In this document: in pieces, positions 9,073 to 19,065 of the stretch | How the letters are laid out: the number at the start of each line of letters is the position of its first letter | How positions within the stretch are numbered: position 1 is the stretch's first letter | DNA from: Acidimicrobiia bacterium | GTDB taxonomy: Bacteria > Actinomycetota > Acidimicrobiia > Spongiisociales > ZC4RG35 | Length of the DNA stretch: 64,000 nt | Assembly (NCBI GenBank): GCA_041747855.1 | Contig: JBGTEJ010000048.1 | Location: 19,018 to 83,017 of the forward strand | Direction: 5' to 3' | Notes under the pieces: model-generated | The model's database searches: none | Told to the model about the DNA's origin: nothing | What the model saw: only the letters and a program-made list of their open reading frames with translations | Translations under genes and position numbers: made by a program

Positions 9073-10320
9073 TCAGGCCTTCTCTGGCGGCAGACCTTCC
9101 AACGGAAGGTCCGGTGCCAGCGGCGTCGTGAGGGCGGCCAATGGCTTGAAAACGAGCAGGGCCGCCACCAGGACCGCCAGACCTCCGATCCCCATCGCCC
9201 ACCGCGCACCCACGTGCTCTCCTATCCATCCCATTGTCGGGCTCCCGATGGGCGTTGTTCCCATGAATGCCATCGTGTACACACCCATGACCCGTCCCCG
9301 CATTTGTGGTTCGGCCGCCAACTGAATGGTGGCGTTGCCTAGTGCGATGAAGGTGACACTGGACCCGCCGAGGACGATCAGGGCACAAATGGCTGCCCAG
9401 AGAGCGGGCATGAGCGACGTGAGGATGATCAGGGAACCGAAGATGACCCCCGCCTTGGCCAGGGCCAGTGGCGGTCGGTTGGGCCGTGAGGCAGCCCACA
9501 GCCCTCCAACCACCGCACCGACACCCATGGCCGATGACATAACCCCGTAAGCCCGCGCCCCTCCGTCGAATGCGAACCGGGCCAGGAGTGGCAGCACCAC
9601 CTGGAAGTTGTAGGCGAAGGTCCCCGCCACCGCCAGAAGGATCAGGGGTGTCCTGACGGCCGGAGTGCGAATGGTGTACTTGAAACCCTCGAGGATCTGA
9701 TTGGGGGTCCGGGGACTTATCTCAACGGGATTCAGTTCGTTCTTGCGCATGAGTCGGAGGGCGACGATGAGCGCCACGTAGGTGAAGGCGTTGATGACGA
9801 AGCACCAGCCCGTGCCGAGGGTCACGATCAAGAGACCCGCTAAGGCGGGCCCGACGATGCGGGCGGCGTTTACCGCAGTGGTGTTGAGACTCACCGCATT
9901 GGTGAGCTGTTCCCGACCCACCATCTCCATGACGAAGGTTTGTCTGGCGGGCGTGTCGAAGGCTGCAGCGAGCCCGCCGGAAACGGCCGCCAGGTAGATC
10001 ATCCATAGCTCGACCACCCCGCCGATGACCAGCAGCCCCAGGATAAGTGCGGTCGCACTGGCCACCGTCTGGGTGATGTAGAGGATCCGTCGATTGTCGA
10101 ACCGATCGGCAAGTAGTCCACCCACAGGGGCAAGCAGGAGGATCGGCAGGAACTGAACGGCGGTGACTGTTCCCACCATGGTCCCTGACCCGGTCACCTC
10201 GAGTACCAGCCAGGCCATGGCAACCCGTTGCATCCAGGTGCCACAGAGGGAAACGATCTGACCGGTGAAATAGAGCCGGTAGTTGTAGATGGCGAGCGAA
10301 CGGAAAGTTTGGGTTACCAC
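9073..10320 (-). CDS. MFS transporter (EntS/DHA3-like)
   Basis: 415 aa, 12 predicted TM helices, with the conserved LADRFDNRRIL motif after TM2. GTG start. Confidence 0.85.
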   Translation of the reverse strand: MVTQTFRSLAIYNYRLYFTGQIVSLCGTWMQRVAMAWLVLEVTGSGTMVGTVTAVQFLPILLLAPVGGLLADRFDNRRILYITQTVASATALILGLLVIGGVVELWMIYLAAVSGGLAAAFDTPARQTFVMEMVGREQLTNAVSLNTTAVNAARIVGPALAGLLIVTLGTGWCFVINAFTYVALIVALRLMRKNELNPVEISPRTPNQILEGFKYTIRTPAVRTPLILLAVAGTFAYNFQVVLPLLARFAFDGGARAYGVMSSAMGVGAVVGGLWAASRPNRPPLALAKAGVIFGSLIILTSLMPALWAAICALIVLGGSSVTFIALGNATIQLAAEPQMRGRVMGVYTMAFMGTTPIGSPTMGWIGEHVGARWAMGIGGLAVLVAALLVFKPLAALTTPLAPDLPLEGLPPEKA

Positions 10321-10329
10321 CCCTGAACC

Positions 10330-11628
10330 TCAAGCAGTCTTGTCGCGCACCGGCATCCGGCTCACCCCGCCCAGAACCACTCCTGCGATGGGGAGGGTGA
10401 GGATCAGCCCGTTGAGACCGTCCTCGTCGGCTATTCCCAAGGCTGCAAGGAACCCGAGACCAGCGCAAACCAGGAGGACCGCGACGACAGGTCGCCACCA
10501 TGGAGGAGCGGGACGCTGATCGCGGGCAGGGCGCTCCCAACGACCGAAAATAAGGGCCAGGCCGATGGTGAGGACGATCAGGACGGTGAACCATACCGGT
10601 CTGGTCCACCACCAAATCGGGGTGAGGGGTTCGATCCCGAAACCAAAACCACCCATCAGCATCCCGATGGCTATGACGATCACCATGGCTGTGAGGTGCC
10701 AAAGATAGAGAGTCATTATCAGGCTGCTGACCGCCACCACAAAGGTCCACGGCCGGAGCCTCCTCATCCACCTTGCCAGGTAGGGCTCAGCCAGAAGCAC
10801 GAGACCAGCCTGGAACATGCCAAGGAAGGCGAGAGTCACGCGGGGTGGATACGAGTTCGTGATCTGGGCGGTGTCGAGGCCCACCATCGCCACCGGGTAC
10901 GGGCCCAGTCGGACCAGGAGAAACGTCGCCAGCAGACCGACGGCGGCCAGCGCTAAACGTCGAGGCTTCCCTTGGAACCATCCATCACACCAGGCGTATC
11001 CCAACTGATGGACTGTTCCCCAAACAAAGACGTAGTTGAGGAAACCGGCCCAGATGATCCCCTCAGAGATCGAGAGATAGTCGCAAAGCCCGGCGAGGGC
11101 CGTTCCGGCGATGATCGTCCACCACCCGAACCTCTCCCACAGCGCCAGGAAGACCGGCGCAAGGGTGACGATCACAACATAAGCGGCGAGGAACCAGGTG
11201 GGGACGAGGGCGGCACGGGAACCGAGTTGGAGGATGTTCCAGTCGAGACCGGCTCGAAGTGCGATCCATCCTCCCACCATCCAGACCACCAGCAACGGGA
11301 TCACCGGAAGAATGAGACGTCTCAGACGGGCCCTCAACCACGACCCGTAGGGTTCACCGCTGCGCCGAGCCGATCTCCATGAAAGAGCGTTCGAGTACCC
11401 GCCGACGAAGAAGAAGATGGGCATGACCTGAAGCACCCAGGTGAGCGGATGGGTCCAGGAGGCCAGTTCCAGCAGGTGGCCAGCGTGGATTTCACCGTCC
11501 TGGATCGTCACCGCCGCCATGAGCCAGTGACCGAATATCACGACCATGATGGAAGCCACCCGCATCAGGTCGACCACGCGGTTCCTGTTCTCGGGTGTCT
11601 CCTCGGCGAGACGACGAAAGGTCGCCAT
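10330..11628 (-). CDS. Acyltransferase family 3 (OafA/OpgC-like) integral membrane protein
   Basis: 432 aa and polytopic. The N-terminal VVDLMRVASIMVVIFGHW is typical of the Acyl_transf_3 family. Confidence 0.8.
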   Translation of the reverse strand: MATFRRLAEETPENRNRVVDLMRVASIMVVIFGHWLMAAVTIQDGEIHAGHLLELASWTHPLTWVLQVMPIFFFVGGYSNALSWRSARRSGEPYGSWLRARLRRLILPVIPLLVVWMVGGWIALRAGLDWNILQLGSRAALVPTWFLAAYVVIVTLAPVFLALWERFGWWTIIAGTALAGLCDYLSISEGIIWAGFLNYVFVWGTVHQLGYAWCDGWFQGKPRRLALAAVGLLATFLLVRLGPYPVAMVGLDTAQITNSYPPRVTLAFLGMFQAGLVLLAEPYLARWMRRLRPWTFVVAVSSLIMTLYLWHLTAMVIVIAIGMLMGGFGFGIEPLTPIWWWTRPVWFTVLIVLTIGLALIFGRWERPARDQRPAPPWWRPVVAVLLVCAGLGFLAALGIADEDGLNGLILTLPIAGVVLGGVSRMPVRDKTA

Positions 11629-11699
11629 GTAACTGATGGGAGCGATTGTGGCAGGTGACGTGGGCCAAGTCTGGTTGGTGGCCCCTACCCTGTGAAGCG

Positions 11700-12620
11700 A
11701 TGACCGATGTTGCAGTCGTAGGGTCGATCAACCACGACCTAACGATCATGACCGAGCGTCACCCGCTGCCCGGGGAAACCGTCCTTGGACTCGAGCACTT
11801 CTCCGGCGGTGGTGGCAAGGGCGCCAACCAGGCGGTAGCTGCCGCCCGACTCGGTGGGTCTGTGTCGATGGTGGGTAGGGTTGGTGACGACGACCATGGA
11901 GCAAGCCTCCGCTCCTCACTGACCAGGGAGGGCATCGACACCTCCCATGTCGTAGTCGACCCTGTGTCTCCAACAGGACTGGCGTTGATAACTGTCGACT
12001 CGGCCGCCGAAAACACGATCGTGGTCAGCCCTGGGGCAAACTCACGGGTCGACGTCGCCCAGATAGAGACTTCGAGACATCTACTTGCTTCAGCGCGGGT
12101 GGTTCTCTGCCAGCTAGAGATACCCATCGAAGCTGTCGCCGCGGCTGCGGGCCTGGCCGATGGCATCTTCTGCCTGAATCCAGCCCCTGGAAGGGAGCTC
12201 CCCCAAGAGCTCCTCGACCGGGTGGATGTCCTCATCCCGAACCTGACCGAACTCGCCAGGATCACGGGATTGGCCGTATCCGACGCCCGGTCCGCCCTTA
12301 GCTCTGCCCGGCAGATCGAAGGCCCCGGAGCGGTGGTAGTGACACTCGGTTCGGAGGGCGCCCTGGTAGTCGATGGTGACCGGGGGTATCACATCGCGGC
12401 CCCTCAAATCTCCGCAGTCGATACGACCGGTGCCGGTGACGCCTTCTGCGGTGCCCTTGCAGTTGCACTGGCCGGTGGTCAGCCTCTGATCGAGGCCGTC
12501 CAATGGGCGATGGTCGCTGGAGCCCTGGCCACGACATCTATCGGGGCCCAAACTTCGATGCCCACCACCGAACAGGTCGAAGTCTTCATCACGACAAATG
12601 GCCTCCCAGCGCTGACCTGA
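11700..12620 (+). CDS. rbsK: Ribokinase (PfkB family)
   Basis: It begins MTDVAVVGSINHDL, has the GGKGANQAVAAARLG motif, and the C-terminal anion hole DTTGAGDAFCGALAVALA. The track start (11646) is trimmed to the ATG at 11700. Confidence 0.85.
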   Translation: MTDVAVVGSINHDLTIMTERHPLPGETVLGLEHFSGGGGKGANQAVAAARLGGSVSMVGRVGDDDHGASLRSSLTREGIDTSHVVVDPVSPTGLALITVDSAAENTIVVSPGANSRVDVAQIETSRHLLASARVVLCQLEIPIEAVAAAAGLADGIFCLNPAPGRELPQELLDRVDVLIPNLTELARITGLAVSDARSALSSARQIEGPGAVVVTLGSEGALVVDGDRGYHIAAPQISAVDTTGAGDAFCGALAVALAGGQPLIEAVQWAMVAGALATTSIGAQTSMPTTEQVEVFITTNGLPALT

Positions 12621-13576
12621 AAGTCAGCCGCTACGATCCCCGCATCGCCAGACCGATAGTCATAGACACCGACCCCGGCCAGGACGACGCCGTCGCCATC
12701 CTGGCGGCACTGGCGTCCCCCGATGAACTGGAAGTGCTCGCGATCACGGCGGTCGCTGGCAACGTCCCAATCGACCGGACGGTCATCAACAGCCTGGCCC
12801 TCGTCGAACTGGCGGGGAGACCAGACATCCCCGTTTACCGCGGTGCCAGCCGACCGATGGTGAACCGGCTTCGCACCGCCGAGTACGTCCATGGGCCGAC
12901 CGGTCTGGACGGTGCCAACTTGCCCCCACCCTCACTCAACGAATCGCCGGGCCACGCCGTTGACCGGATCATCGAGATCATCATGAGCGTCGACGACGTC
13001 ACCCTGTGCACGCTGGGACCACTTACCAACATCGGTCTCGCCCTGGTGATGGAGCCGGCGATCGCCCCCCGGGTCAGAGAACTGGTGATGATGGGAGGCG
13101 GCTTCTTCGAAGGGGGAAACACCACTCCGGCCGCCGAATTCAACGTCCTGGTCGACCCCCACGCAGCGCACCTCGTGTTCACCAGCGGAATCCCCATCAC
13201 CATGATGCCCCTGGATGTGACTCACAAGGCTCTCGCCACACCGGAACGACTACAAAGGTTCAAGGACCTGGGCACCCGCGCAGGTGACTCGGTCTTCGGA
13301 ATGCTCGACTTTTACGACCGATGGGACACAGAGAAGTACGGGACCGCCGGGGCGCCGGTCCATGACGCCACGGTGACCGCTTTCCTCCTCGAGCCGGAGA
13401 TTTTCGGTGGAAGGTCAGTCCATGTCGAGATCGACATCGGGCCTGGGCCCGCCCACGGGATGACCGTGGTCGACTGGTGGGGCGTGACTGGGAAGGACCC
13501 CAATGCGGTGGTGATCAACCAGATCGATTCCGATCGCTTCTACGAGCTATTGGTCGACCGGATAGGTCGGCTCTGA
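12503..13576 (+). CDS. Nucleoside hydrolase (IunH/RihA-type inosine-uridine preferring)
   Basis: It carries the N-terminal IVIDTDPGQDDAVAIL signature and an internal MMGGG...EFNVLVDPHAA. The true start is unclear: the ATG at 12503 overlaps rbsK by 118 nt, and no ATG/GTG/TTG lies near the rbsK stop (12618-12620), where a CTG at 12617 overlaps the TGA. Confidence 0.8.
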   Translation: MGDGRWSPGHDIYRGPNFDAHHRTGRSLHHDKWPPSADLKVSRYDPRIARPIVIDTDPGQDDAVAILAALASPDELEVLAITAVAGNVPIDRTVINSLALVELAGRPDIPVYRGASRPMVNRLRTAEYVHGPTGLDGANLPPPSLNESPGHAVDRIIEIIMSVDDVTLCTLGPLTNIGLALVMEPAIAPRVRELVMMGGGFFEGGNTTPAAEFNVLVDPHAAHLVFTSGIPITMMPLDVTHKALATPERLQRFKDLGTRAGDSVFGMLDFYDRWDTEKYGTAGAPVHDATVTAFLLEPEIFGGRSVHVEIDIGPGPAHGMTVVDWWGVTGKDPNAVVINQIDSDRFYELLVDRIGRL

Positions 13577-13588
13577 AAGGATGGTCCG

Positions 13589-15466
13589 ATGAAACCTGCT
13601 GACCTGACGCGGTTGCGTCAGCCCGGAAGCCTCGCTCTGGACCCATCGGGATCGAGGATGGCTTTCGTCGTGAGCATCCCCGATGTCGAGGAGGACGCTT
13701 ACCTGAGGTCGATCTGGATTGTGGATGGCGAGGACGTCCGGCAGTTCACGTCAGGCCCCAGAGACTCGATGCCCAAGTGGTCACCCGACGGAAAACGGAT
13801 GGCTTTTCTCCGATCCCCTGAAGACGGCAAACCAGCCCAGGTCGCCGTGATACCGGTCGATGGCGGCGAGGCGAAGGTGATCACCGAGTTCGAGTTCGGG
13901 GTCGAGGCTGTGGAATGGTCGCCGGACGGCTCATGGCTGGCCCTGACGGCGGTGACTCCCACTTCGGACTGGGAAGATGCCGACGAAGAGGAACGCAAGC
14001 GCCGCCCCCGTCGGATCACCAATGTGCCATACCGTTTCGACAACATTGGCTGGAGGGACGATCGGCGTCGTCATATCTGGCTCGTCGACCCATCGGGTTC
14101 GGCAGAAGCTCGTTGTCTCACTCCCGGGGAGTTCGATGAAACCCTTCCCAGCTGGTCTCCGGACGGCAGGAAGGTCGCCTACCTGACCGACCGCGACCCA
14201 GCCCGTGGTCTCATGTCAGGAAACGATGTGATGGTTGTCGACGTCGCATCCGGGGACCAAGAGATGGTGGTGTCGCGCGGATTTTGGATGCTGCCGTCCT
14301 ATAGACCGGACGGGGTCCTCCATCTCCTCGGTGACCCGTCCCTCGACTTTCCCCTGCTCTACACCTTGCACCGGGTCGAAGATGACGGCTCCACGACCTC
14401 GCTGACCGGGCATCTCGACCGCAGTTCGGTCTCCTCCGGTGGTCCTGCCTTCGTCTGCTGGGAAGGGACGACGGCCATTGTCGCCCTCGAAGACTCGGGC
14501 AAGCTGGGATTGGTCAGCGTGAGCCCCGAGGGCGCGGTCTCCACCCTCATCGAGGAACAATTGACCGTCACGAGCGCAGATGCAGCGGGTGGTCGTGTCG
14601 TTTACACCGCTACGTCCTGGGACAATCCCGGGGAGGTATATGAGGTCGGACGTGACTCTCCGATCTCCAATCTGAATACCGAGGACCTCGATCTGGTCGA
14701 GCCCCATCACCTCAGGGTGATCTCAGACAGCAACGAGATAGACGTCTGGGTCTTGCTACCCGAGGGCGATGGGCCGGTCCCACTCCTTCTCAACATCCAC
14801 GGCGGGCCGGCAACCCAGTACGGGTTCGGATTCTTCGACGAGTTCCAGGTCTACGCCTCGGCAGGCTATGGCGTTGTCGCCTGCAACCCTCGGGGTTCGT
14901 CCGGTCGTGGCCTCGACTTTCTCAGGGCGGTGATCGGTGACGGTTGGGGGGTGGTCGACATGGCAGACATTCGGGCTGCGGTCGACGCGGCTCTGGAGCG
15001 TTTTCCAAGGCTCGACCCGGGGAGAATGGGGATCATGGGCGGCTCCTATGGCGGTTTCATGACGGCCTGGATGATCGCCCACGAGGACCGATGGCGGTCG
15101 GCGATAGCTGAGAGGGCGCTGACCAATTTCGCAAGCTTCGCCGGCACATCGGACATCGGTGGAACCTTCCCGTACCTGTACACCCGGGCTCAATACCCGG
15201 ACTGGGAGACTTGGTGGGCGAAGAGTCCACTCGCGTATGCCCACAGAGTGACAACCCCGACCCTCGTCCTTCACTCGGAGAACGACTTTCGCTGTCCTAT
15301 CGAACAGGGCGAGCAGTACTTCATGGCGTTGCTCCGGAACGGGACTCCGGCCGAGATGGTCAGATTTCCGGGTGAGGGCCACGAGTTGAGCCGGAGCGGC
15401 AAGCCCAGACATCGGATGGAACGCTTCGAAATTGTCCTCGATTGGCAGGCACGGCACCTGACCTGA
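13589..15466 (+). CDS. S9 family serine peptidase (prolyl oligopeptidase/acylaminoacyl-peptidase-like; N-terminal beta-propeller plus alpha/beta hydrolase)
   Basis: 625 aa. N-terminal WSPDG repeats recur. The C-terminal hydrolase domain has the nucleophile motif GGSYGGFM and NIHGGP. An AAGGA SD precedes the ATG. Confidence 0.85.
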   Translation: MKPADLTRLRQPGSLALDPSGSRMAFVVSIPDVEEDAYLRSIWIVDGEDVRQFTSGPRDSMPKWSPDGKRMAFLRSPEDGKPAQVAVIPVDGGEAKVITEFEFGVEAVEWSPDGSWLALTAVTPTSDWEDADEEERKRRPRRITNVPYRFDNIGWRDDRRRHIWLVDPSGSAEARCLTPGEFDETLPSWSPDGRKVAYLTDRDPARGLMSGNDVMVVDVASGDQEMVVSRGFWMLPSYRPDGVLHLLGDPSLDFPLLYTLHRVEDDGSTTSLTGHLDRSSVSSGGPAFVCWEGTTAIVALEDSGKLGLVSVSPEGAVSTLIEEQLTVTSADAAGGRVVYTATSWDNPGEVYEVGRDSPISNLNTEDLDLVEPHHLRVISDSNEIDVWVLLPEGDGPVPLLLNIHGGPATQYGFGFFDEFQVYASAGYGVVACNPRGSSGRGLDFLRAVIGDGWGVVDMADIRAAVDAALERFPRLDPGRMGIMGGSYGGFMTAWMIAHEDRWRSAIAERALTNFASFAGTSDIGGTFPYLYTRAQYPDWETWWAKSPLAYAHRVTTPTLVLHSENDFRCPIEQGEQYFMALLRNGTPAEMVRFPGEGHELSRSGKPRHRMERFEIVLDWQARHLT

Positions 15467-15505
15467 CTTGAGCTCCGCTGGCGATTGGCAGTGGACTCGG
15501 CAAGC

Positions 15506-16165
15506 TCAAAGGAGTTCGAGGTCGACCACCACTGCGGAATGGTCGCTCCCCCTGATTCGCTCCACGCTCGCAGCCACACCTCGCAAATGGCTGCCGAAGA
15601 CATGATCGATGCGTAGCAATCGGATCCCAGGACCCCAGGTGCGGGCTGGGCGCTCGCCCTTCCCCGCTGAGGCGTCTACCACCAGGTCGTCCCATCGGCC
15701 AGCGAGCCGCTTATAGACCTCCCAGGCAGGTGACGCGTTCATGTCGCCTGCCACCAGTTGCGGTTCATCCTCAGGCAACGAGTGGCTCCAGGACAGGAGC
15801 GAGTCGACCTGCTGTCTGCGTTTCTCACGGTTGATCGACCATCTGCCAAAGATCGGGTCGTTGATGTGTGTCGCAGCGAGATGGACAGGTGTGCCGTCGA
15901 GATCGATCTCGGCCCGTCCGCCTCTCCACTGCGGCTCGGGCCAGAACCGTCCCTTGTAATGGCTGGCGATCCCCCATCCGCTATACCCCGGATCGGGGCT
16001 GAGAAAATGGTGTTCGTAGTACGCCCGGGCCACCTCGGCCGCTTCGGGGGTCATTTCCACCGTCACGAGCAAATCAGGGTCGACGATATTGAGCACCCTG
16101 GCAAAGTCGTCGACATCGACGAACCGGGTGAAGAGATTCGCAGACATCAATCGGACGGTGGACAC
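15506..16165 (-). CDS. Endonuclease/exonuclease/phosphatase (EEP) family protein
   Basis: 219 aa: N-terminal LMSANL..., VAGDMNASP and the C-terminal SDHSAVVVDLEL are typical of EEP-family enzymes. Confidence 0.7.
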   Translation of the reverse strand: MSTVRLMSANLFTRFVDVDDFARVLNIVDPDLLVTVEMTPEAAEVARAYYEHHFLSPDPGYSGWGIASHYKGRFWPEPQWRGGRAEIDLDGTPVHLAATHINDPIFGRWSINREKRRQQVDSLLSWSHSLPEDEPQLVAGDMNASPAWEVYKRLAGRWDDLVVDASAGKGERPARTWGPGIRLLRIDHVFGSHLRGVAASVERIRGSDHSAVVVDLELL

Positions 16166-16172
16166 CTCGAAG

Positions 16173-16874
16173 TCAGCCGACCCGACGGAGCAAGGACCGT
16201 CGGAAAGGCAGTGTGACTAGCAGCCCGAAGAGGAATCCTCCGACATGGGCTTCCCAGGCGATGTTGCCGCCAGCTAGTCCGAACTGGAGGATGAACCAGA
16301 GTCCCAGGAAGATCCCGGCGGGTATCGGCAGGAGTATCCACCCGAGCAGGGTCACCACCCGGTGTGTCGGATACAAGACCGCATATGCCCCCAATACTGC
16401 CGCGATGGCTCCTGAGGCCCCGACGAGGGGGACAGTGGATTCCGGGTTGAGGAAGACGAAGGCCAATGTTGCCGCGATCCCACCCAGGATGTAGAAGAGG
16501 AAGAACCTGACGTGACCGTAAGCCTCTTCGACGTTGTTCCCGAAGATCCATAGGAACCACATATTGAAGGCCAGATGACCAAGTCCACCATGGAGGAACA
16601 TCGATGTCAGGGCTGCCAGAAACGGGTTCTTGTCGGGGAACAATGGCTGGGACGGTTCACTGGAGCAGACCTGGTCGACTACCTCGGAGAGGCTCAAAGG
16701 CTGGCCCGTAGTGATCTCACAGCTGATAACCGCACTCCGGAAGAGAAACTCCTGGGCGTCTTCGGGAGTGTCATGACTCTGGAACACGAAGAAGACGATC
16801 CCGCAGGCAGCGATGAAGCAATACTTCACCCACGGGATGATCCGGACCGGGTTGATGTCCCTGAGGGGAAACAC
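16173..16874 (-). CDS. Rhomboid family intramembrane serine protease
   Basis: 233 aa with the HLAFNMWFLWIFG motif, catalytic GASGAI (GxSG) and AHVGGFLFG. Confidence 0.85.
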   Translation of the reverse strand: MFPLRDINPVRIIPWVKYCFIAACGIVFFVFQSHDTPEDAQEFLFRSAVISCEITTGQPLSLSEVVDQVCSSEPSQPLFPDKNPFLAALTSMFLHGGLGHLAFNMWFLWIFGNNVEEAYGHVRFFLFYILGGIAATLAFVFLNPESTVPLVGASGAIAAVLGAYAVLYPTHRVVTLLGWILLPIPAGIFLGLWFILQFGLAGGNIAWEAHVGGFLFGLLVTLPFRRSLLRRVG

Positions 16875-16940
16875 AGAAGAATCCTAAGTGGCCCTGGAAC
16901 AACGACAAGGTTTCTTCACGATCGCCTCACTGGTCGAGCT

Positions 16941-19055
16941 TCAACTGTTGAGGATGACAACCGGACAGGGAGCTGTCCTGATGATCTGTTCCACCCTCGG
17001 GCCGAGGTAGAGCCGGCGGCTGCCGGCCCGCACGCTGGTGCCCATGACCATGAGGTCGGCGTTGGTCGCCTGGACCGCTTCAAGAATGCCCGACTCGACA
17101 TCGATCGCCTCGAGCACGAAGGTCTCGATCTGCTGCCCGAGCTGAGCTGCCACGGTTTCGAGCTCCTCGGTGACGTCACCACCCAGCGCGTAACGGCTGG
17201 TCGGCACCCGGGTGGACACCACGACGTGGACCCCGGTGACCACAGAATCGGAACCGGCCACCGCAAGGGCGAGATCAGCAGCGTTGCGCGAGCTCGTGCT
17301 CCCGCTTATCGGCACCAGGATCCGGTTTGGTTTCCATCCGGAGGGAACGTCATCGCCCCTGATCACGAGTGTCGGACAGCGGGACAGTTTGATCAGGTCG
17401 TCGATGACCCGCCCGAATATCTCCTGGTCACTGTCGGCCAGGGCGGGAGTGCCTATGACCAGTAAGTCGTAGTCGGCTTCAGCCTCCCGGAGGATGTGGT
17501 CGACCGGCTCGTCACCTGAGATCGCTCTCGTCGTAGTGGATCCCTTGTCGAAGAGGCGACTCACTTCGTCCAAGTACCTATTGGCCATCGACTTCTGTCC
17601 GTTCGAGTAGACGGCAATGAGGCTCGTGGATATATCGCCACTCCGGGCTAGTCGTGCAACGAGTGCGGCCTGAATGGTCTGGGTCCCGGCAAGATGTTCT
17701 CTGGGTCGGACGGGGACGAGGATCCGTCTGATGCCCGCGGCGAAGCTCCTGGCCAGGATCTCTTCTTTGACGAGCCGTTGTTTCTCCTCCTCCCCTGGCT
17801 CCACGCGGGCCAGGAAGTACTTGATGGCAAACGGTGCCATGAGGGATGTGACCACAGCCATGACCACGATGATCGAGAACATCTCCTGACTGAGGATGCC
17901 GAGGGAGAGGCCGATCGTGGCGACGATGATCTCGACCGCCCCGCGTGCGTTCAGCCCGGCCCCGTAAGCAAGTGACGACCAGTGGTCTTGCTTGGAGAGG
18001 TAGCGGGCGCCCAGGTAAGCACCAACTACCTTGCCGAAAGTGGCAACTGCGATCACCGCAATCGTGATCAGCAGTAGGTCTGGTTCGAGGATCGCCCGAA
18101 TGTTGACTTTGAGTCCGGCAACAGCAAAGAAAATTGGGGCGAACACAGCGAGAGTGATGCTCTCTAGCTTCCGAACCGTGTCCGATGGCATCCTCGGCAG
18201 ACGTCCAAAAAGGATCCCGATGGCGAAGGCGCCAATGACCGGCTCGAGGTTCATCGCCTGGCTGAAGCCACCCCACGCGAATGCAAGAACGACGACCAGT
18301 GTGAGTACGAAGTCAGGCCCGCGAAACCGATCCTGGACGAGCGTGAGGCCCTTGTCCACCAGGAAGCGGCCAACGCTGGCGGTGGCGAGAACGAACAGGG
18401 CGACCATCCCCACGGTCTGAACCACGGTCCCGGTACTCAGAGCTTCGGCGCCAGCGAGGGCGGTAACCAGACCCAGGAGAGTCCATCCGGTGATGTCATC
18501 GATCATTCCAGCGGCGAGAACGGTCTGTCCGAACTCTCTTCGCATAAGGTCAAGGTCCATCAGGATTTTTGCCAACACCGGAATGGCGGAAATCGACAGA
18601 GCAGTTGCAAGGAAGAGCGCGAAAATTGTCCGTTGCGCGGGGTCGGCGAGAACCAACTCGGGGAGCATGAATCCCAGTACCAAGCCTGACGCGAAAGGAA
18701 CGATCAGTCCACCGACGGCGATGCCGGCGGCGACACCTATCCGACGGCGGATCAGGCCGAGGTCGGTCTCCAGGCCGGTGACAACTAGAAGCAGCATTAC
18801 ACCAACCAGGGCCACGACTTCGAGCATGTAGCCCTGGACGGCTGTCTGTGGGACGATCCAGCGTCCGATGACGGGCACCAAGCCGGAGAGCAGCGACGGC
18901 CCGAGAATCACTCCAGCGAGGATCTCACCGACGACAGTTGGCTGTCTGAACCGGGTGGCAATCCCACCGAAGAGTCGTGCCGCGAAAAGCAGGGCGGCGA
19001 TCTGCACAACCAGCTGTAGCACTTCGTTGTGCGAGGCGGCGCTAAACGGCTCCAC
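16941..19055 (-). CDS. Cation:proton antiporter (CPA2/Kef-like) fused to two C-terminal universal stress protein (USP) domains
   Basis: 704 aa. The N-terminal ~400 aa is a polytopic Na_H_Exchanger-type domain. The C-terminus has two USP modules (ILVPVRPREHLAG...LVIG and ILVPISGSTSSRNA...LMVMGT). GTG start with GGGAGGAG directly upstream. Confidence 0.85.
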   Translation of the reverse strand: MEPFSAASHNEVLQLVVQIAALLFAARLFGGIATRFRQPTVVGEILAGVILGPSLLSGLVPVIGRWIVPQTAVQGYMLEVVALVGVMLLLVVTGLETDLGLIRRRIGVAAGIAVGGLIVPFASGLVLGFMLPELVLADPAQRTIFALFLATALSISAIPVLAKILMDLDLMRREFGQTVLAAGMIDDITGWTLLGLVTALAGAEALSTGTVVQTVGMVALFVLATASVGRFLVDKGLTLVQDRFRGPDFVLTLVVVLAFAWGGFSQAMNLEPVIGAFAIGILFGRLPRMPSDTVRKLESITLAVFAPIFFAVAGLKVNIRAILEPDLLLITIAVIAVATFGKVVGAYLGARYLSKQDHWSSLAYGAGLNARGAVEIIVATIGLSLGILSQEMFSIIVVMAVVTSLMAPFAIKYFLARVEPGEEEKQRLVKEEILARSFAAGIRRILVPVRPREHLAGTQTIQAALVARLARSGDISTSLIAVYSNGQKSMANRYLDEVSRLFDKGSTTTRAISGDEPVDHILREAEADYDLLVIGTPALADSDQEIFGRVIDDLIKLSRCPTLVIRGDDVPSGWKPNRILVPISGSTSSRNAADLALAVAGSDSVVTGVHVVVSTRVPTSRYALGGDVTEELETVAAQLGQQIETFVLEAIDVESGILEAVQATNADLMVMGTSVRAGSRRLYLGPRVEQIIRTAPCPVVILNS

Positions 19056-19065
19056 TGCTCTCCTC

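Noticed and set aside
9722-10771. Minus-strand 349-aa ORF in a different frame overlapping the MFS and acyltransferase genes
   Set aside because: It spans two real genes out of frame, and its Arg/Gly/Pro/His-rich product looks like a high-GC alternative-frame artefact.
16575-18276. Several long ORFs (16575..17465 +, 17578..18276 -) inside the antiporter-USP gene
   Set aside because: They are antisense or out-of-frame overlaps of a 704-aa gene with clear domain structure.
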